DNA of 64,000 bases from contig JAQTPI010000001.1 of assembly GCA_028748975.1 (NCBI GenBank), positions 64,354-128,353 of the forward strand, read 5' to 3'. This document shows positions 1 through 11,800 of this stretch, piece by piece. How positions within the stretch are numbered: the stretch's first letter is position 1; every line of letters begins with the position of its first letter. The notes beneath the pieces are model-generated. The model searched no databases. It was not told the DNA's origin and saw nothing but the letters and a program-made list of their open reading frames with translations. A program made the translations under genes and the position numbers. Origin of the DNA: Patescibacteria group bacterium. GTDB lineage: Bacteria > Patescibacteriota > Patescibacteriia > UBA2196.

Positions 1-271
1 TTTTAAAATGTATAAAAAATTAAAATTTATCAAATTGTTTGTTCAATAAATACTACGATCGTAATATACGTTGAACAAAATTTAAACAATTTAATTTTTA
101 AAATAATGAATAAATTGAACCCCCCCAATAATTATTCATCAAATAGTAAAAAAAGAACCAAGGCATTATGTTTATAGATTTTCTAAAAACCTTCTGGGAT
201 ATTAGGACCGCTATGTGTCAACGAGGCGTTCAAGAATGTTTCGTTTCGGGCTTTTCAGCTAATTTCACTTA

Positions 272-307
272 AAATAAAGACGACCAACACATCGGTCGTC
301 TTTATTT
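272..307. terminator. bidirectional intrinsic terminator-like hairpin downstream of miaA
   Basis: AAATAAAGACGACC-8 nt-GGTCGTCTTTATTT perfect stem with A/T-rich ends. Confidence 0.6.
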
Positions 308-342
308 AAATCCCATACTCGTCTGCCAGTGAGGCAGGAATC

Positions 343-1353
343 TTAAATTATAAATCGTTTGATTAGTATTGTTGCTTCTTTTTTATTTTTAATCCACTTT
401 ATTTTTTTGTTGCGCTTGAACCATGTCATCTGCCGTTTGGCAAATTGGTGAGTGTGAATTTTGATTAAATTTATTGTCTCTAGGTCAATCTTTTGGCCCG
501 GTTTGTTTTTTAAAAAATCAATAATTTCTTTATAGCCAATGGTTTGCAGTGGCGCGGTATTTTTTCCGTACGTTCGCATTATTTTTTTTGTCTCTTCCGC
601 CAAACCGTTTTTTATCATTTTTTCCACTCGCGCGTCAATGCGTTTATCTAAAATATTTTTTTGGAAAGTAACACCCAATTGCAAGTAATCAAAAAGCGGC
701 TTGTTTTTCTTTCTCAATTCAGAAAATTTATAACCAGCCAAACAAACTTCCAAAACGCGGTCCAAGCGCCGTGGATTTCTGACATCAACAAATTTCAGCG
801 CCGCTGGATCCAGTTTTTTTAATAATTTTATTTTTTCTGATGTACTTAACTTTTCTAATTTTTTTCTTGTTTTTTTATCAGGCCCAACCGCCGGAAAATC
901 CAAATTATCGGTAATAGCGGAAATATAAAGTCCGGTGCCGCCAACAAGAATCGGCAATTTTCCGCGTCTAATAATATCATTAATTTCTTTCAGTGCCAGT
1001 TTTTTATGTTTAGCCACATTAAATTCGGTATTAGGATTAATGATATTTATGAGGTGATAGGGAACGAAAAAGTTGTCATCCCGGGCCGTGACCCGGGATC
1101 TAGGAATCGTTTTTCTGGATCCCCGCTGGAGTTTACCCCGCACCACGATGCGGAGCGGGAATGACATCACAGATAAACCATATTCTGATAAATCTTTACC
1201 AGTCCCAATATCCATCCCTTTATATACTTGTCGTGAGTCCGCTGAAACGATTTCCCCATTAAATTTTCGCGCCAAAGCTACCGCCAATTTGGTTTTACCG
1301 GTGGCGGTGGGGCCGAGAATGACAATTAATTTTGGCAGTTTTTTCTTTGACAT
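343..1353 (-). CDS. miaA: tRNA dimethylallyltransferase with an in-frame palindromic insertion
   Basis: GPTATGKT, SADSRQVY, VGGTGLY, IGYKE and FAKRQMTW motifs. Confidence 0.97.
   Translation of the reverse strand: MSKKKLPKLIVILGPTATGKTKLAVALARKFNGEIVSADSRQVYKGMDIGTGKDLSEYGLSVMSFPLRIVVRGKLQRGSRKTIPRSRVTARDDNFFVPYHLINIINPNTEFNVAKHKKLALKEINDIIRRGKLPILVGGTGLYISAITDNLDFPAVGPDKKTRKKLEKLSTSEKIKLLKKLDPAALKFVDVRNPRRLDRVLEVCLAGYKFSELRKKNKPLFDYLQLGVTFQKNILDKRIDARVEKMIKNGLAEETKKIMRTYGKNTAPLQTIGYKEIIDFLKNKPGQKIDLETINLIKIHTHQFAKRQMTWFKRNKKIKWIKNKKEATILIKRFII
1074..1166. repeat. TGTCAT...ATGACA palindromic element inside miaA (93 bp, in frame)
   Basis: termini match intergenic copies such as 34610-34678; internal hairpins. 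Confidence 0.85.
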
Positions 1354-1430
1354 AAAAGCGTTATTTTGCTAAGATATTACCAGGAGAATTATAGCAAATT
1401 ACCTTAAAAATTCAAGAATTGGAGGGAGAA

Positions 1431-1991
1431 ATGGATTTAGCCCATCTTTGGCAAGAAATTGTAAATTGGTTAAGTTTGGGTGCCAAATGGGAGGTTGGTG
1501 TTTATAGATTATTTCACCAAGGCCAACCCTTTTTACCGGTCCTGTGGAAAACTTTGGCCGTTGTCAATTTACCAATTTTGATTATTTTTGGTTTTTTGGA
1601 TTTATTTTTTGTGTTTTTTAAGTGGCTAAGCCGGCCACTTGTGCCTTTAATAAAAAAATATCGCAAGGAGTCGTCTGACTTAGATATAAATAACAATAAT
1701 GTGAATGATGTGATAGAAGATATTAATCGAACAAAAAATAAAATTATTAATAAGATGCGTCAAAAAGTGAAAGAATTGGTTCGGCGCTACGGTTATTGGG
1801 CCTTTTTTTTCATCGCTATTTTGCCATTTGTCCCTTGGTTGACAGAAATTGCAGCGGCATTTTGCGTTTCCATCTATGGCCGCAAAGCTATTTCCTGGTC
1901 AAACTTAAAGGGTTTTTTGGCGATAGTGATAGGAAACAGCATCAAGGTCGCCTATACCTTAGGTGGTATTTACGGATATTTCCATTTTTAA
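1431..1991 (+). CDS. membrane protein, possibly DedA/VTT-like
   Basis: hydrophobic segments, RRYGYWAFFFIAILPFVP, GGAGG SD, promoter 1347-1375. Confidence 0.7.
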   Translation: MDLAHLWQEIVNWLSLGAKWEVGVYRLFHQGQPFLPVLWKTLAVVNLPILIIFGFLDLFFVFFKWLSRPLVPLIKKYRKESSDLDINNNNVNDVIEDINRTKNKIINKMRQKVKELVRRYGYWAFFFIAILPFVPWLTEIAAAFCVSIYGRKAISWSNLKGFLAIVIGNSIKVAYTLGGIYGYFHF

Positions 1992-2177
1992 GACCTCTTC
2001 ATTTTTTTAGCCGTGCCTGCCAGATTTTTCTGCGTTTTCAATCGCAAAAGCTGGCCGGAGAGGGTGCCGCCTTTTTTCTTTTTGAGTTTTAATTTGCGAG
2101 CCAGTTGCTCGCGCCGTTCGGCTTTGGTAGATTTAGTCATATATTAAAAATATAAAAAACAAGGAAAAGGAGGGAAC

Positions 2178-2384
2178 ATGATAGTGAAAGAGATTATCAA
2201 AAAGGCCAAAGAGTTGGGACTTACGCGTCAATCAGCCGCTGATTTCTTAGCGGAAAACATGCCACGGGACTTAGAGGAGAGAAAAAAATTGTTGCATTCT
2301 GTTTTAAATGAAGCTGATTTGGCAGCGAGAGCTCAAGATCTGAAAATTGTCGGACTTATAGTTGAAGCAGGTAAGGCCTCATAG
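2178..2384 (+). CDS. hypothetical protein
   Basis: AGGAGG SD upstream, 68-aa ORF. Confidence 0.65.
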   Translation: MIVKEIIKKAKELGLTRQSAADFLAENMPRDLEERKKLLHSVLNEADLAARAQDLKIVGLIVEAGKAS

Positions 2385-2421
2385 TATCTTTCATGCAGCT
2401 CGAATCATATTCGGGCTGTTT

Positions 2422-3789
2422 TTATTTTTCTAATTTTCCTTCCAAACTCCACGGCCCGGCCTTGATAATTTTAGTTTTAACAATTTTTCCTATCAAATTG
2501 TTGATTGTTGACTGCTTACTGTTGGCTGAAATTTTTATATCCTTAAAATTTCTCGTCTTACCAAAATATATAATATCATTGTTACTTTTATTGCTTTTAT
2601 TACTATTAATACTTTTATTCCTTTCAATTAATACTTCTATATTCTTACCAACCATCTTTTTATTATTTTCCAAAGCTGTCTTTTTCAAAATTTCATTTAA
2701 GGCCACGCGGCGCTGGGTTTTTTCTTCAGCCGAAATACTATCTTTCAGTTTGGCGGAAGCGGTGCCAGCGCGTGGAGAATATTCCGCCAAATAGGCCAGA
2801 TCAAATTTTATTGATTTCATGAGATTGGCGGTTTTTTGAAAGTCTTGCTTTGTTTCATTGGGAAAGCCCACAATAATGTCGGTACTAATGCTAATATTGC
2901 GAATAGAACGACGAATCTTGCGAATAAGATTCAAATATTTTTTGGAATCATACTTTCTATTCATCGCTTTCAAAATTTTATCCGAACCGGCCTGGAGCGG
3001 CAGGTGCAAGTAGGGGATGAGGTGCTGGCAATTTTTAAAACATTTTATCAAATCTCCCGACATATCTTTTGGGTGGGAGGTAATAAAACTTAACCAATAA
3101 TCTCCTGGAATAGAATTAACTAATTTTAATAATTGTGGAAAGTTCACTTTACTTTTTTGAAATTTGAACTTTGAAATTTTATTGGAAATTGGAAATTGGA
3201 AATTGGAAATTTGTGAAACATAACTATTCACATTCTGGCCCAATAATATAATTAACTTATATCCTTGAACAACTAATTTGTTCACCTCCGAAATTATTTC
3301 TTCGGCTGGTCGGGAAACTTCACGCCCACGCGTGAAAGGCACGACGCAGTAAGAACAGAAATTATTACAGCCAGTCATAATTGGAACATAGGCGATAAAT
3401 TTTGAATTATAGTTTGGTAAAATTGAGAAATAATTTATGTCTTTATTGTTAGTTGTTAATTGTTGGTTGTTAATTTTATTTAACCAATTATCTAAATTTT
3501 TAATATCTAAAATATAATCAGCGTGTTTTTCAAACTTATTTTTATCCGCTACCAAAACGCAGCCTGTTAAAATGATTTTAGCTTTTGGATTTTTTTTTCT
3601 GATGTCATCCAGTTTGCCCCAGACGCGGTTAACAGCTGTTTGCCGCACCGAACATAAATTTAAAATTACCAAATCCGCCGAAGCCAGATCCGCCGGTTGC
3701 AAATTATTTTTTTTAAGATAGCCGGCGATTCTTTCCGAATCCGACCAGTTCATCTGGCAGCCGTAAGTGATAATGTGATAAGTTTTCAT
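2422..3789 (-). CDS. miaB: tRNA methylthiotransferase MiaB (radical SAM)
   Basis: TYGCQMN, GCNNFCSYC, STDIIVGFP, YSPRAGT; several repeat-derived low-complexity inserts. Confidence 0.95.
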   Translation of the reverse strand: MKTYHIITYGCQMNWSDSERIAGYLKKNNLQPADLASADLVILNLCSVRQTAVNRVWGKLDDIRKKNPKAKIILTGCVLVADKNKFEKHADYILDIKNLDNWLNKINNQQLTTNNKDINYFSILPNYNSKFIAYVPIMTGCNNFCSYCVVPFTRGREVSRPAEEIISEVNKLVVQGYKLIILLGQNVNSYVSQISNFQFPISNKISKFKFQKSKVNFPQLLKLVNSIPGDYWLSFITSHPKDMSGDLIKCFKNCQHLIPYLHLPLQAGSDKILKAMNRKYDSKKYLNLIRKIRRSIRNISISTDIIVGFPNETKQDFQKTANLMKSIKFDLAYLAEYSPRAGTASAKLKDSISAEEKTQRRVALNEILKKTALENNKKMVGKNIEVLIERNKSINSNKSNKSNNDIIYFGKTRNFKDIKISANSKQSTINNLIGKIVKTKIIKAGPWSLEGKLEK

Positions 3790-4068
3790 AAAAAGCTACG
3801 AATGTACGAATTCTACGAATATACGAATGGCTACAAAACAACCTTGCAATTATTCGTACATTCTTTTTATTCGTAAATTCGTAGTTCAACATCAGTTTAT
3901 AGCTTAACATATTTTATCCAAAATAAAAACACCCGAGATGGCTCGCGTGTTTTTTGTTTTTATTTTTGTTTCTTTTTGAAAGAACAAACTAACTATATCA
4001 TCGCTGGCGCATGCTTGAGTGATTATTGGTTGGATTTATAAAAAATCCCTGTCTCAATTTAACGCCGT

Positions 4069-4188
4069 TTATTTCAATAATAAGACCGCTGAAGTCAGGA
4101 AAAGTATTATTCCTGCCGCCACAAACAATCTGGTGATTTTAACAGCTTTTTCGTCAAGAAAAAAGCCGGAATTGGCTTGCGTGTGCAT
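4069..4188 (-). CDS. putative 39-aa membrane microprotein
   Basis: hand translation MHTQANSGFFLDEKAVKITRLFVAAGIILFLTSAVLLLK; minus-strand TTGACA..TATACT promoter near 4222-4250. Confidence 0.4.
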   Translation of the reverse strand: MHTQANSGFFLDEKAVKITRLFVAAGIILFLTSAVLLLK

Positions 4189-4303
4189 AATTTTTGTTTT
4201 TATTTTTAACCCTCTACTATAAGTATAGCAAATTTTTTGGCTCTTGTCAAATCTAAAAAACCAATTTGACCTGTTTTTATTCTTTATGTTAAAATTAACT
4301 CAT

Positions 4304-6082
4304 ATGAAAAAAGACAACCACAACCAACTTTGGGCCCTGCGCCACAGCGCGGAACATGTTTTGATGGAAGCCATGCTCCGGCTTTATGGCGACAAAATAA
4401 TCATGGCCATGGGCCCGGCCACTGACGATGGTTTTTATTTTGACTTTGATGTCAAAGGTGATTTTAAAATTTCTCTGGAAAATTTTGCCGAAATTGAAGC
4501 GGAAATGAAAAAAATAATTAAAGAAGATTTGCCCATTACCAAAGAAGAACTTTCTGTTAAGGATGCTAAAAAATTGTTTAAGGATAATCCATATAAAATT
4601 GAATGGCTGGAAGAAATTGAAAAGCGCGGCGATAAACCAACCGTTTTTTGGACTGGTAAAGAATTTGTGGATCTCTGCGCCGGTCCACACGCTAAATCCA
4701 CCGGCGCCATTAAGGCCTTCAAACTTTTGAAATTGGCCGGTGCCTATTGGCATGGTGATGAAAAAAATAAAATGCTGACGAGAATTTATGGCACGGCTTT
4801 TGAATCTCAAAAAGAATTGGACGATTATTTAAAGATGATGGCCGAAGCGGAAAAAAGAGATCATCGAAAATTAGGTAAAGATTTAGATCTATTTGTTTTT
4901 GCCGACATTATTGGTAAGGGTTTGCCCATGCTGACGCCGCGCGGAACAGTTATCAGAAAAGAATTGGAAAAATTTGTTTTAGAGGAAGAAACTAGGCGTG
5001 GTTATCAGCATGTCGTCACGCCACACCTGGCCAAAGTTGATTTATATAAAAAATCAGGCCATTATCCATATTATAAAGACACCATGTACCCGGTCATGAA
5101 AGTTGATGAGGAAGAATTGATTTTACGGCCAATGACTTGCCCGCATCATTTTATGTTGTATAAATCGCGACCCCACAGTTATCGTGAGCTGCCGGTCAGA
5201 ATTGCGGAAATAGCCTCGCAGTTTCGTTATGAAAAAAGCGGTGAACTTTCCGGGCTGTCACGAGTGAGACTGTTCTGTTTGGCCGACGCCCATATTATTT
5301 GCGCCAAAGATCAGGCCAAGCAGGAAATTAAGAATGTTTTAGATTTAATCGATTACATGAATAAAATTTTAGGTTTGAAAAAAGGCCAGGATTATTGCTA
5401 TCGCTTGTCTTTGGGTGATCGAAGTGACGACAACAAAAAATATTATAAAGATGATGAAGCCTGGGAAAAAGCCGAGACAATTTTACGCGAAGTTTTAAAG
5501 GAAGCGAAAGCGCCATTTTTTGAAGCACCGGGAGAAGCAGCTTTTTATGGTCCCAAGATTGACATCCAAGTTAAAAAAGTTAACGGACAGGAAGAGACCG
5601 CTTTTACGGTGCAATATGATTTTGTAATGCCCCAGAGATTTGATTTGGCTTATATCAATAAAGAGGGGAAAGAAGAACAGCCAATAGTAATCCATCGTTC
5701 ATCCATCGGCTGTTTTGAAAGAACCATGGCGTTTTTAATTGAACACTATGCCGGCGCGTTCCCGCTCTGGTTCTCACCGGTGCAAATCGCCGTGCTTTCG
5801 GTGGCGGAAAAACACGCCAAACATTGCGAAAAATTAGCCCAAGAATTCAAAGACGCGGGACTGCGCGCCGAAGTTTGGGATGAAAACGAAACCGTGGGCA
5901 ATAAAATCCGTAAAGCCGTGGCGCAAAAGATTCCGTATTTGATTGTCATTGGCGACAAAGAACTGGCTTCGGAAAAATTGGCAGTGCGTCTGCGTGGGGA
6001 AAAGGACACAACTGAATTTGAAAAAGACAAATTTATCGCGCACGCTAAAAAACTAGTAGAGGAGAGAAGTGGGGAATTATAA
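4304..6082 (+). CDS. thrS: threonyl-tRNA synthetase, apparently lacking the N-terminal TGS domain
   Basis: RHSAEH, DLCAGPH, RPMTCPHH, FRYEKSG, AAFYGPKID. Confidence 0.97.
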   Translation: MKKDNHNQLWALRHSAEHVLMEAMLRLYGDKIIMAMGPATDDGFYFDFDVKGDFKISLENFAEIEAEMKKIIKEDLPITKEELSVKDAKKLFKDNPYKIEWLEEIEKRGDKPTVFWTGKEFVDLCAGPHAKSTGAIKAFKLLKLAGAYWHGDEKNKMLTRIYGTAFESQKELDDYLKMMAEAEKRDHRKLGKDLDLFVFADIIGKGLPMLTPRGTVIRKELEKFVLEEETRRGYQHVVTPHLAKVDLYKKSGHYPYYKDTMYPVMKVDEEELILRPMTCPHHFMLYKSRPHSYRELPVRIAEIASQFRYEKSGELSGLSRVRLFCLADAHIICAKDQAKQEIKNVLDLIDYMNKILGLKKGQDYCYRLSLGDRSDDNKKYYKDDEAWEKAETILREVLKEAKAPFFEAPGEAAFYGPKIDIQVKKVNGQEETAFTVQYDFVMPQRFDLAYINKEGKEEQPIVIHRSSIGCFERTMAFLIEHYAGAFPLWFSPVQIAVLSVAEKHAKHCEKLAQEFKDAGLRAEVWDENETVGNKIRKAVAQKIPYLIVIGDKELASEKLAVRLRGEKDTTEFEKDKFIAHAKKLVEERSGEL

Positions 6083-6252
6083 ATGACAGTAATAGAAGTA
6101 TTAAAGCAATAGAAGTAATAAAAGTAAAAAACCGGCGGAATGGCTGGTTTTTTTTGATGTTGACAATTTTTTAATGGTTTGCTAAGATGAAAGCACCAAA
6201 AACAATAATAGTAACTAAAACACAACTCACAACCCAAAAAAGGAGGTTCCTC

Positions 6253-6690
6253 GTGTCAGACCTGTCAAAAGAAGATGGTTTTGACGTTTATATCAAGAAA
6301 CGCTTGATTTCTGAAAATGTTTCTTTCACTGATGCCATTATGGTGTTGGCCCATCACACGGTCAATATGTTCAATTATTTTTCTACTAAAGGACGGCGTT
6401 ATCCCTTCACCTATCTTTCGCGTTGTTATCTTACAGCTGTCTTAGTATCTAATTTTCCTAAACCAGATGAACAGGGCGAAGGGGGAAAACCAGGACCGCC
6501 TTGGGATAAGAAGAAAATTACCTACAAAATTTCCTTTGCTCACCTCATCAGCTTGGTCTTTTGTTTGGGGATTATGGGAGAAACTGGTTTCGTCATCAAA
6601 AGGGAAATGACGGAAAAAGAAAATGAGAAAATTGCCACTCACTTTCTCATCCATGGCAAAAAAATAAAAGAGGAAACCATCACCACCTAA
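6253..6690 (+). CDS. hypothetical protein (islet)
   Basis: GTG after AGGAGG 6241-6246; promoter 6160-6188; terminator near 6698-6730. Confidence 0.7.
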   Translation: MSDLSKEDGFDVYIKKRLISENVSFTDAIMVLAHHTVNMFNYFSTKGRRYPFTYLSRCYLTAVLVSNFPKPDEQGEGGKPGPPWDKKKITYKISFAHLISLVFCLGIMGETGFVIKREMTEKENEKIATHFLIHGKKIKEETITT

Positions 6691-6891
6691 AAATAAAGCC
6701 GCCCCGAGCAATTGGAGCGGTATTTTTTTTGTTTTATTTATTCGCCTTCGTTCCTTAGCAATCCTTTAATACTCCAGCGGATAAATTTCTAATTTTTTAT
6801 CGCCTCGCGACAGCGAGAAATTAAAGTTTATCCGCCATAGTTGCCGGCGAGCCGAGAGGCGAGACCGAAGCAGCGACGGCGGATAAACAAC

Positions 6892-8022
6892 TTATTGTTT
6901 TATTCTAATCTCCACATGATCCGCCAAGCTCGGCACGGTTTTCACCCAGAACGGCGAAAACACCACTTCCGCGTCTTTGATATTTTCATATTGGGAAAAG
7001 AAGAAACGCACGCCCTTGGCATCCAGGCCATAAAGTTTTTGTTTGTTAAATTCCGAAGGTTCGGGCAGGCCCAAAATCGCGGCCGAAAGCGTGATTTTTA
7101 CCGTGGCGGATTCTTTGGCAATGTCTACCAAAGAAACCTTAAAAGATTTTAAATCAAAATTTACCACCTCTTCTTTTTCCGCGAGCGTTTTATTATATTC
7201 GGTCTTGGCGTACTCTAGTATTTTATCTTTAGCGATTATGGCCGCCTGAACCTTTACTTTAATAGTCACAGTAAATTTTTCCACCTTGTCGCCGTCTTTG
7301 GCTGAAATTTTTTCATCTTTAATTTCTTTTTCAAATAAAACAGTTTTACTTTCATCAGCGCCGATTTCTTTAATAATTGATTCATCCAAAGAGTCAAGTA
7401 CTGTTTTTTGCGCCGTGGCAATTTCCGCGGCAGTCAAAGTGCCAATTTTTCTCACTCCGCCAGACATTACTTGGCTGGAAACGCCGTAGATTTTTTTCTG
7501 CAAATCAGTTGAAAGTCCGGGAATAGTAAAAGTTGTTGGCGCGATGTCGTATTTGGCGCCGGCTTCGTCAGCTTCAATTTCACCTATAATCTCTCCGCCC
7601 GCCGGCACTACCACGGAATTTTTCAAGCGGAATAATAAATTATTGGGTGAAAGAAATCTGGTGGTGGCGATGAGCGTCTGATTTTTGGTATTTTTATTGA
7701 TAATTTTCACCGCACCGCCGGATTTGCCTTCTTCGGTTTTGAAATTTTGCACGTCAAAAGTTTTGGTGATGTTTAAATCTTTTTCAATATAAGTTCCGGA
7801 TAATTCCGCCGTTGCTGCGGAGGCCAGTGGTACTGTCGCGGTGAAAGTCTTTTCCCGCGCCGCGTCTTTGGGAATCAAAGTGATCACGGCTTTGGATAGC
7901 GAGAAATAACTGATGACGCAAACCAAAAGTCCGGCCAAGACCAAAAAGGTAATGGCGATTTTTTTATAAGGCCGTTCGACCAAAATGAATTCCCGAGTAG
8001 CGGGTTTTTGTTTTTTAGGCAT
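6892..8022 (-). CDS. membrane-anchored protein with baseplate-J-like domain (CPR-type)
   Basis: N-terminal TM; SGGAVKIIN..TRF..VVVPAGG..EADEAG..FTIPGL pattern; paralogous to 57825-59039. Confidence 0.65.
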   Translation of the reverse strand: MPKKQKPATREFILVERPYKKIAITFLVLAGLLVCVISYFSLSKAVITLIPKDAAREKTFTATVPLASAATAELSGTYIEKDLNITKTFDVQNFKTEEGKSGGAVKIINKNTKNQTLIATTRFLSPNNLLFRLKNSVVVPAGGEIIGEIEADEAGAKYDIAPTTFTIPGLSTDLQKKIYGVSSQVMSGGVRKIGTLTAAEIATAQKTVLDSLDESIIKEIGADESKTVLFEKEIKDEKISAKDGDKVEKFTVTIKVKVQAAIIAKDKILEYAKTEYNKTLAEKEEVVNFDLKSFKVSLVDIAKESATVKITLSAAILGLPEPSEFNKQKLYGLDAKGVRFFFSQYENIKDAEVVFSPFWVKTVPSLADHVEIRIKQ

Positions 8023-8100
8023 GGGAGTATGTTAAATTTTTAATTTTGTAATTTTTAATTTTTAAATAGACGAGCGCGCCTATCGGCGAATACCTAATAA

Positions 8101-8218
8101 CAACCACCCCGAGCCGACTGCTGTCGGCTCACCCCTCCTTCGAAAGGAGGGGATAACCACGCTGCTATCCTCCCCTTTCGAAGGGGAGGTCTCCGACAGC
8201 AGTCGGAGGGAGGAGTTG
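8101..8218. repeat. CCCCTCC/GGAGGGG double-hairpin REP-like element
   Basis: same architecture as 40047-40168. Confidence 0.85.
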
Positions 8219-8406
8219 TAATTATTCGCAAAATTTGCCAGTAATTAGCATTAATTCGTAGCCGTTTTTCCACTAATATTAGCCAAAAAACAGCATTTTA
8301 AGGTATTTATTAAAGTTATCCACTTGACAAGAGATTTTAGACATGCTATAATTGAAATGGTACAAAATTATAGCCAATAGACAATTCATTTTAAAAAGGA
8401 GGTTGC

Positions 8407-8646
8407 ATGAGTGAAAACAACTACATTCATGGTGATGTGGAAGTAAAGAGATCTTTCGGAGGAATATTCTTCAGTATAAGATTTTTAGGGCATGACGAAG
8501 AAATCTGTCTACCTCGTGAGCTGAAAAAACTGGTGGACGTCGACGACAACATCGGAGTCGAATACGAAATACTTCCCATAGGCCAAAGACGTGCCACTAA
8601 GGTGACAAAAAACGGCAATACCATCTGGAAGGGTAAGTTGGAATAA
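8407..8646 (+). CDS. small hypothetical protein, possible OB fold (islet)
   Basis: promoter 8324-8352, AGGAGG SD, terminator near 8674-8704. Confidence 0.7.
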   Translation: MSENNYIHGDVEVKRSFGGIFFSIRFLGHDEEICLPRELKKLVDVDDNIGVEYEILPIGQRRATKVTKNGNTIWKGKLE

Positions 8647-8788
8647 TTTATTGCCCCAGTCATCAGATCCAGACATCCAGTGCTAAAAACGCTGGATGTT
8701 TTTTATTTTCTGAATCTCTGTCTTCATGGAAATAACAGAACTTGTTAACTCGTTAACTCGTTAATAAAATAACTTTAAAATTTACTGA

Positions 8789-8835
8789 CGAGATCCCTCG
8801 GCTCCTAACTTCTCTAAAAGGCCGCTCGGGATAAA
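8789..8835 (-). repeat. TTTATCCCGAGCG...GAGGGATCTCG post-stop repeat, copy 1 of 5
   Basis: matches copies at 19115, 24953, 36174 and 51725. Confidence 0.85.
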
Positions 8836-8842
8836 TTGCGGG

Positions 8843-11800
8843 CTATTTCACCGCCACGCTGCCTTCGCCGGTGATTTCTTCAATCCGCGCTTTCAGCGCG
8901 TCGCTATACTTAATTTTATAACTTGTTTGGATTTTGCGCAACACGCCGGTTTGTTCCACTGTCAGCATCACCTGGTGATTGCCCGGGTGTTCCAAAAACA
9001 CCGCTTTGATTTGCAAATGAATTTCCGTATTAAAATATTTTGGCAATTTAATCCAGACCTGATTGGCCACTGCTGTGTAAGCCACTGGCGCGGCCGGTTT
9101 GTTGTAGCGCGGAGCGTAGAAACCATTACCGCTATTACTATTATTACTGCTATTGCTATTATTATTTTTATTACTGTATCCGTTTCCGTTCGCCAGCGCT
9201 TTCTCTGCCGTGGTCAAAATTTCCTCCGCCGTTTCTGGGAAAATTTGAAAAGCGCTGTCCACCAAAACCTTGGCCTCATCATCTTTATAAGATAATTTTC
9301 CAACTACCACCACTGGCCGTCCTTCCACCCAAAGTTCGCTGGTCTTTTTCAAAACCGAAGGGAAAACAATAATTTCCAAGCCCGAATTCAAATCTTCCAA
9401 ACCCACAAAAAGCATGGGCTCGTTGGTTTTGGTAAATATTTTTTTAATGGTGCTGATAATGCCGGCGGAAATTATTTTTTCTTCGCGATTAATAGCTTTA
9501 ATTTCATTTAAAGAACGCACGCGCCCGGTTAATAAAGTAGCAACCTCTGCAAAGGGGTGGCTGGAAACATAAAGTCCGAGTAATTCTTTTTCCCACTGCA
9601 GTTTGGTTTTGATGTCAGTTGCTGCGGTGGCTTTTAGATTTAGTGGCAGCAAACCCGGGTCTTCGCCTGCTTTTGGTGCGGTAGCGAAGAGCGAGGTTTG
9701 CCTGTCGTCCGTTTCTTTCTTGCTGTTTTTAATATACCCCAAAATCAAATCCATATTGGCCATAATGGTGCCGCGTTCGGCAAAAGAATCCAAAGCCCCG
9801 CTCATAGCGAGCGCTTCCAATGATTTTTTATTTAAAGTCCGGCCCTGCACGCGCTTCAGCAAGTCCTCAAAAGATTTAAAGGGGCCATTTTTTTCGCGCT
9901 CGGCCACGATGACGTTGATGACATCAGCTCCCAAATTCTTGATGGCCAAAAAACCAAAACGAATTTCCGCGTCGGAAATGTAAGTAAAATTCAGGCGCGA
10001 CTCGTTAATGTCCGGCGGTAAAATTTTAATGCCCATTTTTTTGGCTTCCTGCACTGCCGCCGCCACTTTTTCCGCGTCATCCGATTCCATGCTCAAAACC
10101 ATGGTCATGTATTCAGTGGGGAAATTAGCTTTTAAATAAGCTGTCAAATAGGCGACAATGCCATAAGAAGCGGCATGCGCCTTGTTGAAACCATAAGCCG
10201 CGAAGGGTTTTATTAATTCCCAAAGAGCGTCTGTTTTTTCTTGGCTAAGTCCACCCGCCACGCAGCCGGCCTTGAATTTGTCTTCCTGCGCCATCATTTC
10301 CGCTGGAATTTTTTTGCCCATGGCTTTTCTAAATTTATCCGCTTCGTCCCAGTTATAGCCGGCCAGATGAATGGCCGAAAGCATAATGTCTTCTTGATAA
10401 ATCAAAAGTCCAAGCGACATATCCAAAACATCTTTCATTCGGGGGTCGGGGTAAGTAACCAGGGTCGGATTGTGTTTGCGCCGGATGAATTCCGGAATGG
10501 ATTCCATCGGTCCTGGGCGATAAAGCGCCACCATGGCCATAATGTCAAAAATATTAGTCGGTTTTAAATCAATTAAATATTTAGTCATGCCGGAGGAAGA
10601 AAGCTGGAAAACGCCAATGGTTTCACCCTTGGCCAAAAGTTCGTATGTTTTTTTGTCATCAAAAGGAACTTTGGCCAAATCAATTTCCACGCCCTTGGTT
10701 TTTTTAATCAGTTTAATCGCTTCACCCATAATAGACAAGTTGGTGATGCCCAAAAAATCAAATTTCAAAAGCCCGGCCGCTTCGGCCGCGCCCATTTCAT
10801 ATTGCGTGATTTTTTTGCGCCCAGATGGATCGCGCTGCAGCGGCACAAATTCCGTAATTTTTCTTGGCGCGATTAAAACTCCCGCGGCGTGGATGGAAGT
10901 GTGCCGGCAGCAACCCTCAATTTTTTGCGCCAATTCAATAATGCGTTTGGCGTCCGGATTATTTTCATACTCCATTTTTAATTCCGGATTAATTCCCATG
11001 GCCGCTTCAATAGTCATGGCGAAACCCTGCGAACCAAAAGGAATCATTTTGGCCAATTTGTCGCCGTATTCATACGGGATGCCGAGCGCCCGCGTCACAT
11101 CGCGGACCGAACCCCTCGCCATCATGGTGCCAAAGGTGCAAATCTGCGCCACTTTATCCGCGCCGTATTTTTTGGTGGCGTATTCAATCATTTCATCGCG
11201 GCGGTTGTCGGCAAAATCCATGTCAATATCCGGCGGCGACGGACGGAAAGGATTTAAAAAACGTTCAAAAGGCAATTTAAAAGCAATCGGGTCAATCGTG
11301 ATAATGCCAATGGCAAAACTGACGAGTGAACCAGCGGCCGAGCCTCTCGTGGTCATGACAATGCCGTTTTCTCTGGACCAGTTGATTAAATCCGCCACTA
11401 CCAGAAAATATGGCGCGTAGCCCTTCTTAATGATAATTTCCAGTTCATATTCCAATCGTTCCAGATAATTTTGGGGAGTATTGGGAATTTTTTTAGAAAG
11501 ACCATCGCGCGCGTTTTCTCGAAGCACTTCTTCCGCGGTTTTATTTTCCGGCAATTCAATCGCTGGAAAATTCCACTTGCCCAACTCCAATTTCACTTCG
11601 CATTGGTCAGCGATTTTTGCCGTGTTTTCAATCGCGCCGGGATATTTTTTGAATTTTTCTTCCATCACTTCCGGCGAAGCAAAAGAACAGTCAAATTCCA
11701 GCATGGACAGCCGGCCGGGCGTGTCCACGGTGGAGCCGGTGTTGATGGCCAGCATCACGTCCTGGGCTTCCGCGTCAACTTTATTAATATAGTGAGAATC

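Noticed and set aside
10533-11420. Long antisense ORFs (also 57237-58040, 16925-17410 and others)
   Set aside because: Shadow frames opposite well-supported genes or running through repeats; no motifs or start signals
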